Assembly (NCBI GenBank): GCA_030141605.1
Contig: JAQGDQ010000176.1
Coordinates: 186,001 to 250,000 of the forward strand
DNA: 64,000 bases
Direction of reading: 5' to 3'
Source: Tubiluchus corallicola
Lineage: Eukaryota > Animalia > Priapulida
Part shown: in pieces, positions 56,037 through 64,000 of the stretch
Numbering within the stretch: the stretch's first letter is position 1
Layout: the number at the start of each line of letters is the position of its first letter
Notes under the pieces: generated by a model
Told to the model about the DNA's origin: nothing
The model's input: only the letters and a program-made list of their open reading frames with translations
Database searches by the model: none
Made by a program: the position numbers and the translations under genes

Positions 56037-58173
56037 CAAAATTGTCTTCTAATTGTCCCGCTTACTCGCGCGCGCACAGAATTCCGAGTTGGCGGAGCAA
56101 AAAGCACGAATTCTCGAAGAAATTGACCGCGACCCGGGTTTGTCGAAGCCAATTTGGCAAATTGCGTCAGTCTTAATAGCTTGTATTCCATTCACTGTTT
56201 GCACTCCCCCTACATTAATGATCTGCAATCAAGACCAACCATACAATTATCACCTTATAGCAGTACCATGCTTTTGCAAGTACGCGTAAATGTCAAGATG
56301 TTTCACGCCATGACGTAATAATCTTGAAGAACTGAGAAACATTATTATTGTTTTTGGTAAGTTCAGTGCACCTACGAATCGGTTGCTACTATTTCATATA
56401 CTCAGTAGCAATTATTTTATTGCTGTGTTGTGGACACGCGCTGTTGTATGTGCAAAGAACACGGGCACCCTAAATTATGAACACGCCATTGGCATTTGTG
56501 GATTTGTGACTAGAACTGTCAGATATTAGACTGATTGAAGATGGTCATGTCTTCTCGTCTCTTGACAATTATGTCCTAGTTGAATAATTACATTGCGTAT
56601 AGCTTACACATGTTACCGAAGCGAACAAATTACCTAGTATTACTACTATCAGCCACAGAGCTTCAGCAGAAGTTCCTGTTCCGGTTTCTGATAAATGATG
56701 GGAAACATCTGCATCACATGCGTCCCTATTCCCTCATTTGTTGTGGTCACATTGTTGTACAAAATCTGCTTTTTTCTAGTACTCGAAATGTCGCTGTGGA
56801 TTAATCTGGCCACTAGTACTAATGCGACAAATATGGTTTAATACAATACACTGCCCTTTCCTGTACTTGTTCAGATTCAGACTGTGTTTAGAATTCACAT
56901 GGTCCATTGACGTTATTCAAGTTGCCAATTTAGATTTTGTGATTTTGGAATCAACTGCTCCAGCCTGAAAGAGAACAACAATAACAAAATGCAGATGTGA
57001 AATAAATAAATAAATAAATAAATAACAACAGATGTGAAAAGTTAAGATAAAATAATTGATGACGAAAAACATTTAATTTCTGAATGCCATGATTTAAGAC
57101 CTCGCCTTTTCTCTCGTGTTAATGAAATTTTCCTAGACTTCATGAATCTCGCCGTTCAGGAAAAATTTATAATACCGATGAATGGAAATGAATGTGAACT
57201 TGCAAATCTAGTTTCAAGTTATATGTTTTTAAAGAAGGAAAATAAAATCTTAGCCACAGAAAATCATATTCAATTGAGAGCAAAAGGACATTATTGTAAT
57301 TATATTGTTTTTGTAAACGTGTAAATACTGTAAACTGTTTAACCTCTACTGTTTCAATAGGTACCTCGAAGCCATTGACAGTGATAGAGGCACCGCAGAA
57401 TTTCTGTAAAATAATTTCATTTTAATAGAATAGTTTAGCACTATGTACAACGCAAAGTAACATGTAGGCATTTTTATTTGGCACTTTTTACTATCATCGC
57501 GCCTAACGTAAAAAAGCTTATAATAATAGTAATATTTTAAGGCGTTTCCCAAGCTTTACACAGCAATTATTAGCTGCTTTAATTAAAGTAATTACGTAAC
57601 TGTACCGAGGCCACGTCGACATTAAAATCAATGATAAGAGAAGGCTAGTGCGTCATTAATGATGTAAATATTAATTAGCGCAGCCGCAAGTCAGCCCAGC
57701 CCAGCTCAGCCTCTGCTCTTGAATTACCCGATCAAAGAATCTTCATTAGCGAAGTCTAATGTTGTTGCTGCTTCGCTGCTTCTCGACCTAGGCTTACTAC
57801 AATATGTCCTTATGTCATTGAAGCGGTTTTTCATAGCATTAGTATCATGCTAATTAATTAAATAATTTTTCAATTTTTGTTATCCAATTTGGCATTTCAA
57901 TTTCTTCGGTATTTCTTCAATTGTTTTATTCTTGTTGACATAGAGGTATTTGTATTCTCCGCAAGAACTAAAGGCACAACAAAAATTTGATAAGGAATAA
58001 ATTCAAATTATCGTAAATTAAGCTGCTATAAAATAAAACAGCTTAAGTCACATTGTGAATTAACGGTGTCTTAGAAGTTAAGCTTTTTGCGATTAGGATT
58101 ACATATTGAATTACATTAGGATTACATATTATAGATTGAAACTAAGACTCTCCATCGATCATTTCTCAGTAGT

Positions 58174-58357
<184 letters not shown>

Positions 58358-59375
58358 TTGCAGAATGAGCCTCTGCTTTTAGAAAATCCCACTTTCCCGT
58401 CAAGCGTTTATGTCCAATGGCTTCTTATCTCTTTAGATTTTATGAAGTAAAGTGTTAATGCGTCGAGTAATTCTGACGCTTCTACAATTGTCCTAATGAA
58501 CAGTACAAAAGCGGTCATTCAACTTTTTTTCTGTGAACTCACCGGGTTAGCGGCTTTTCAACGTTGAAAGGAATTTATGTAGTCGATATTTCATTTTCCA
58601 AAATCAATTTCCTTTCTGCCGATGAAAATGAAATGACGAGGGCGCGACGATCGTTTTAGAGCGATTTAATTTACATTTTTGATTAACGAATTTTCCGTGT
58701 TCTGAAACGCATCTGCGACGATATTCTCTTTGCAGTTTACCGCCCGGGATTACCTTAAGTATAATAGAAGCAAAAATGCTCAGCAGGTATATAGACAAAA
58801 AATATTTGAGGTCACAAAATACGTTAAGATTCTATTAGACTGCATGAATGTGTCGTAGTTTCTCCAATGACAGTTGGACACGCTTGGGACATGGTAAATA
58901 TGTTTATTAAAAGAAGCTTCTTGTATTCCCTTTTGGGGTAATATTCGCGGTAATTCGGGGTAATATACGCATATTCGAGGTAATATCCAATTATTTATTA
59001 ACCACAAACTGCTCATCGTTTTTGCTGAAGTTGATTTATATTCGCTGCGTAAATTCCCAAGACATGAATATTAGCTCAGCGTGACTTTTATTGTATGCTC
59101 AGTGTTGTCAAGAGACTAGAAAACTAGGGAACGTACGGCAGATTGGCTATTTCTAATTTTATCACAGTGTTTTTATTATTTTAGTTACTTAAAAAAGAAC
59201 GGACTAAATTTCAGGGAAGAGGAACAGAGTCACATTAAAATATGATGATTTTTTTAGGGTACGACAATTAGAAATAAAGTGTCTGTCAATGTACAACAGC
59301 TACTCAGGAAACACTGTTTGGATCAATTTGTTAAATATCCAATCATTTTTAATGATTTTTAATTTAAAAAAAATC

Positions 59376-59430
59376 ACAACATTTCTACTGTACACTGAGT
59401 ACTAAACTAAGTGTGCAGTAGAAATGTCGT
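59376..59430. other. 21-bp-stem hairpin inside a roughly 130-bp imperfect palindrome
   Basis: acaacatttctactgtacact / agtgtgcagtagaaatgtcgt, 19 of 21 Watson-Crick pairs, 13-nt loop. Confidence 0.8.
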
Positions 59431-59539
59431 AATTTCATAAAAAAAGTTGATAAAAAATCGATGATATTGTGAGATATTTGAAAACCAGCGCGTTATGCAT
59501 GAAGCCCAGTTCATTCGTGTAGTAAAATGTAAGCTAAAA

Positions 59540-60080
59540 GCGGCCTACAACTTGAAAAAGGACAACACCAACAACCTAAAGTCCCTGTGAATATGAGAGT
59601 CTGTCAACATTGTGACAACCAACAAGTAGAAGTCGAAATTCATTTTTTGCTTCATTGCTCCTTCTACAACCGGTTAAGACAATTTTTTTATTCTGATATA
59701 AGAAGCATCAATAGCAGTTTCATTAACTTGAATGAAAACGAAAAGCTAAAATTCGTGATGGGAGGTAACGCCTGAGATATAATCAAAATAGTCGCCGATT
59801 ACATTTTTAAGTTTTCAAAAAAAAACGCGTAGATAGTACTAACATGTAGACATTGATAACATTATTTATTATTTTTTCGTGATACCCTAACTGTATCTAC
59901 ACTAAAATTATATAAATTTGTTATTTGTTATGTGTGTTTTTTGGATCTATAGCTATAATGTAATAGCTCTGTTTTGTACTTTTGTATTTTGTTGTTGTTT
60001 TGTTGTATGTACTGTATGTCTTTGTTGTATACCGTATATGCCAATAATAAATTCTAATTTTTTAATAAACTTGTATTTGA
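59540..60080 (+). mobile_element. 3' fragment of a non-LTR retrotransposon (RTE-X-like C-terminal Cys/His motif)
   Basis: LEKG....KVPVNMRVCQHCDNQQVEVEIHFLLHCSFYNRLR matches the R-x-C-xx-C..E-xx-HFLL-x-C..Y..LR ORF2 tail; it is followed by a TG-rich 3' UTR with AATAAA. The clade call is from memory. Confidence 0.7.
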
Positions 60081-60973
60081 AAATTTACTATTTGGGTAAT
60101 TTGAGTTTGTGACGAGTTTTTAATCTTTCTCCTAATCTAAAAAAGCTTCCTTCAAGAAGTCAGGTTATCCTTAATTGTGTTCGATTCCAAGTTCGACTCC
60201 AGCATCGTTGTTTTTTAATTGACGGGCTGAACCATTATATCACACCACCTTACATTGCTGCAGATTCATAATTTGTATAAACGAGTACCGCAAGAACAAA
60301 TCCAACAATAAAGCAATTTTTGTTTGCCTGCAGTGAAGTCATTTTCATCATTATATTTCAAGGGCTTAATTGTCATACTTAATTACCTTTTATCCCGCCT
60401 CAGACAGGTGGCTCAAATGTGTCCCACTCCAACGTTTTGACACTGTTTAGTTACTGACAAAGAATATGGGCGTGTGGCATGACGGTTATTTATAAAATAT
60501 ATTTTTGACATATCTGTTTTGAAATATTTATAGCGTTATAATTAATACAGTATTACTGGTTGGAATTTTAATGGGTAGTAAAAGTAATTGGCTGAAGCCT
60601 GCCTGCACTTAAACACGTGACGTCAAACTCTAATGAAAAATTACTTGCGCGAAAGCCGCAGGAAAATGCGTTACAAGGTAGGATTACAGAAAAGTTACTA
60701 AAATGAAAAAGTTATACAGATCAGCTTTACCGCAAGAGTTTGACATGACCACTGTAATCTTTACAGATTTTAACAAACTTTATAAGAATAATTAGAAAAC
60801 GATAACTGATTCCGAAAACTAACGTGTCAATGTCAGCAGTATCTACAAACTAAGAAATATTCCTCACGCTTTTTGAGGTTCTTCTTTCCTGCAATATCTG
60901 CAATAACTAAAGTGTGCCAATTAAGGTATGTCACTACCCCTCCCCCCTCGCGTGTACTTCATTTTTACAATTT

Positions 60974-61280
60974 CTAACTTAAAACAAGTTCTTTGTGTCA
61001 TAAACCGTTTTTCTTAACGTAGAGAGAATATCACTTTTGATAACTTACAATAACCGGCAATAAGACATTTTTGATGTCCTAGAAAAATCCTGATTTTCGG
61101 ACACGCCTTTGGCAGTCAAAATTTAACCCCTTATTCGACAGCTTAAGTGTTTTATTTTGCATGACAGAAATTCATAATCAAATAAAAATTGTGAGAGCTG
61201 CTAACAAATGATATGTTTATAAAAAATATTAACATGCACGTTTTGATTTCCCTACATTATTTTTGTCACTTCTATAATAC
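60974..61280 (+). repeat. Diverged direct repeat, copy A
   Basis: aacaagttctttgtgtcataa..agaatatcacttttgataacttacaataacc..gtcctagaaaaatcc..gcagtcaaaat..tattcgacag..tttataaaaa..tgcacgttttgatttcc matches 62497-62930. Confidence 0.85.
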
Positions 61281-62496
61281 GTCGTTCCAACTCCATATTC
61301 TTATACTTCTTATTTGTCCGCTTAATTACGGGGCTATATCTGGTTGGCCTATTTCTTTAACTGCGTTATTATATTACACCTGTTTTCCTGTTTATAACTC
61401 CGATATCAAATTTTACTATGAATCACGTCTTGTTTCATAACAACCTGTCAGTATTACCATACATTGTTGGTCCATTTCCTGACCAAACCACATCTGTTTG
61501 TCGGCAGAAATGAAGGTACCTATCTCATTTGCTGATTGGTTTGGCATTTTTTTACTATTTATACTGTTTTAAAAGGGTTAGCTGCTTTCTATTACATGGA
61601 ATGCTACTATCGCACTTAGGCTTAGCTATTTTCTATTAGATAGTGTTTCGCTTAGCTTGTCCATTTCATAACCATACCGTTCTTACAGTACTCTTATTGA
61701 AGTATAAGGCGCGAATATTCTTCGGCACTACGTAACAAAGAATCGTTATAATTTCGTGATTATTTTGTTACCATGTTTGGTTTCCAATTTACTTTCCAAA
61801 CTAATTTCGGGAATATCGAATGCTATTGCGTAACCACATTGGAAGTAATTACTGTCTCATGGTGCCATAGCCGCATTAGGATTATGTTGCGCAATGGGAC
61901 ATCGATATACTGCCAATAATTGTTACTGGCAGCTTATATTATTATGACACCAAATGGATATTATGATATTAGAACTGAGAGCAGTCGAAACTTAATCAAA
62001 TTACCATAAATGAAAGCTGGGAGTCTTGGGCTTTTTTAAATGAAGTAGTAGGATTTTACGCAAACTTTTCTGGTGTGAAAGAACATTAAAACACCCACGA
62101 GACTGGTGTGCATGAGTTAATGAAAATTTGATGTGTTGCGCCGGGTAAAATAAAACCATTAGCGTGATATTTTAAGGCTCAAATGTTATCAGTACGCTTT
62201 TCCCAAATCGCTAATGTAGATATTGTGCTCGAATGTCAATTTTTTGGCAATTGCATATCACTTATGACAGCGAGATAGTATTGCAGTGCAGTAATATTAA
62301 TGTGATTAGATAAATATCATACAAATCAGCGTAAGTGACTTTACTGTATGAACATAATGAAGCCTCTTCGAGACCCTAGAATAAGTCTACAAAGTGAGTT
62401 TGCTGTTCAAGTTTTTACTTTTCATGAAACTATTTTTGTGTCCTAATAGTGTCCTGAAATTTGATATCATTAATTTAGCCGTCTGCTGTTGACGTA

Positions 62497-62930
62497 CTAA
62501 AGTAAACCAAGTTCTTGGTGCTATAAGGCTGTTTTTGTTAACATAGAAAGAATATCACTTTTGATAGCCTACAATAACCTGCAATAAAACATTTTTACGT
62601 CCTAGAAAAATCCCGATTTTCACACCCTAGAAAAAAAACGTGCCTTTAATGCAGCAAAATGAAACTGGTCCTTGAGGTCTTAAAATGAAGACCGTCTTTA
62701 GTATTGTAAAGATTCTGTAAAATGAAGCATTTCCTTTTCTTCTTAACAGAAGGTTCGCCTTTGCCAGTCAAAATGAGACCCGTATTCGACAGTATAAATC
62801 TTTTACAGTGCAAGCCAGAAATTCCTAATTAAATAAAAACTGCGTCAGTTACTAACATATAATGTCTTTATAAAAATATTAGCGTGCACGTTTTGATTTC
62901 CCAAGAGAATTTTTGTCACTTCCATGATCA
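62497..62930 (+). repeat. Diverged direct repeat, copy B (about 130 bp longer internally)
   Basis: Same blocks as copy A with extra sequence at about 62625-62756. Confidence 0.85.
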
Positions 62931-63706
62931 GGTTTCATAACTTCTCACAATTACCTATAATGAATAATGTATTTCAGGATTGAAAATTTATCGTTTTTTC
63001 TGAATGTTTTTTGCTGTTGGATTTGTACAGTAAATTTTTGGAACGCTAGCACACAAAACCATGTGAAAACTATAATATACTATTCACGTGCTGGAGCTGT
63101 AAGGTTTAGATTGCAAGTTTTCCAATCTTCACTCATGTATATTTCATCCATATTGACGTGCTATTGTAAGGAAATAGTTGAAAAGGCACGTTTTCTCATC
63201 CATCAAAACGACATAAAACGCTGCTGGTTTGATATTTTATATCGTCGAAGATTCCTGCGGGGTTATTGTTGCGCTGGAGATCGTTATAGAGTGAACCATG
63301 GAGACACAGAACGTGCGACAATGTTCGTGCTACGACAAAAAAGGTCGCATATTTTATGAAGATTAAAATTTTTTGTTTAAAACTTGTACGGAAAAAATGG
63401 TGGTTTGAATTTTGGGCTGGACAGCACTTAAATTAAGGCCTTCTTTCAAAGAAAGACCGCATTATTAACTGATATCATCTGGACCGCCTGCCTGGCACAG
63501 TCATCAGGATGACAGGAAAAAGAAGCCACTAATCAGGAATAAAATAAAGGGAGGAAAATGCCAAAACCAAAAAGTGAATAATGAAAGAACAAAAAAGCAA
63601 AGACGTCTGGGAATTATTAATGTTTCGAATACGTAATTTACGTATTTTCAATTCTCCCTTAAAACCAATTGCGACTCATAGTCGTAACGTTGCTGCTCTG
63701 TCTCTC

Positions 63707-63740
63707 ATTGGCTAGATGCTCAGCGTGACGTCACTTGACG
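63707..63740. promoter_or_regulatory. CCAAT box plus palindromic CRE
   Basis: ctcATTGGct (63707-63711) and gTGACGTCAc (63726-63733), followed by a half site TGACG. Confidence 0.35.
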
Positions 63741-64000
63741 CTCAGAATTTAAGCTACACAGACCGCACAATAAAATAGGTAGGCTGCTGTCTTACTTACC
63801 AGCACAGTGACCGCGCTAATGATTGTAATAAATCTGTTTCCATTCATGAAGCCATCCGGCCTGCTGGACAAAGCAGTTAATGGGGAAATGCTAATCGCGG
63901 TTCAGAGTTTGAACAGATGCGTCTAGTTTTTATGATAAGGAATTATCATAAACCTCGAAAGTGAAGTGAAGATTGATAATACGTCAGTATCTTAGTGAAA

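Noticed and set aside
60176-60202. Two B-box-like motifs (GTTCGATTCC, GTTCGACTCC)
   Set aside because: No A box or cloverleaf; at most a decayed SINE remnant.

Overview
AT-rich eukaryotic (animal) genomic DNA, not prokaryotic: GT-AG introns, many microsatellites and TTAGGG-type interstitial repeats are consistent with a non-insect invertebrate (inference). Three protein genes are supportable. (1) A single-coding-exon ELOVL3/6-type fatty-acid elongase (11128-11976, -). (2) A single-exon trypsin-fold protein (25947-26870, +) with an intact His/Asp/Ser triad but a non-canonical activation site, Glu at position 193 and a GPI-like tail. (3) The first seven coding exons of a SOL-1-like tandem-CUB protein (49335-54081, +), reconstructed by hand with consistent splice phases; its 3' part was not found. 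The rest is transposon-derived or repetitive: a decayed 5'-truncated CR1/L2-group LINE missing its RT core, two inverted hAT MITEs with perfect 8-bp TSDs, a TIR MITE with a nested LINE tail, elements with 15-16-bp periodic arrays plus telomere-like repeats, a head-to-head pair of tRNA-derived units, a possible solo LTR and an RTE-X-like 3' fragment. Most short ORFs in the track are microsatellite translations. I found no multi-gene novel system that the sequence alone can prove; the best leads are listed as findings. No database searches were run.
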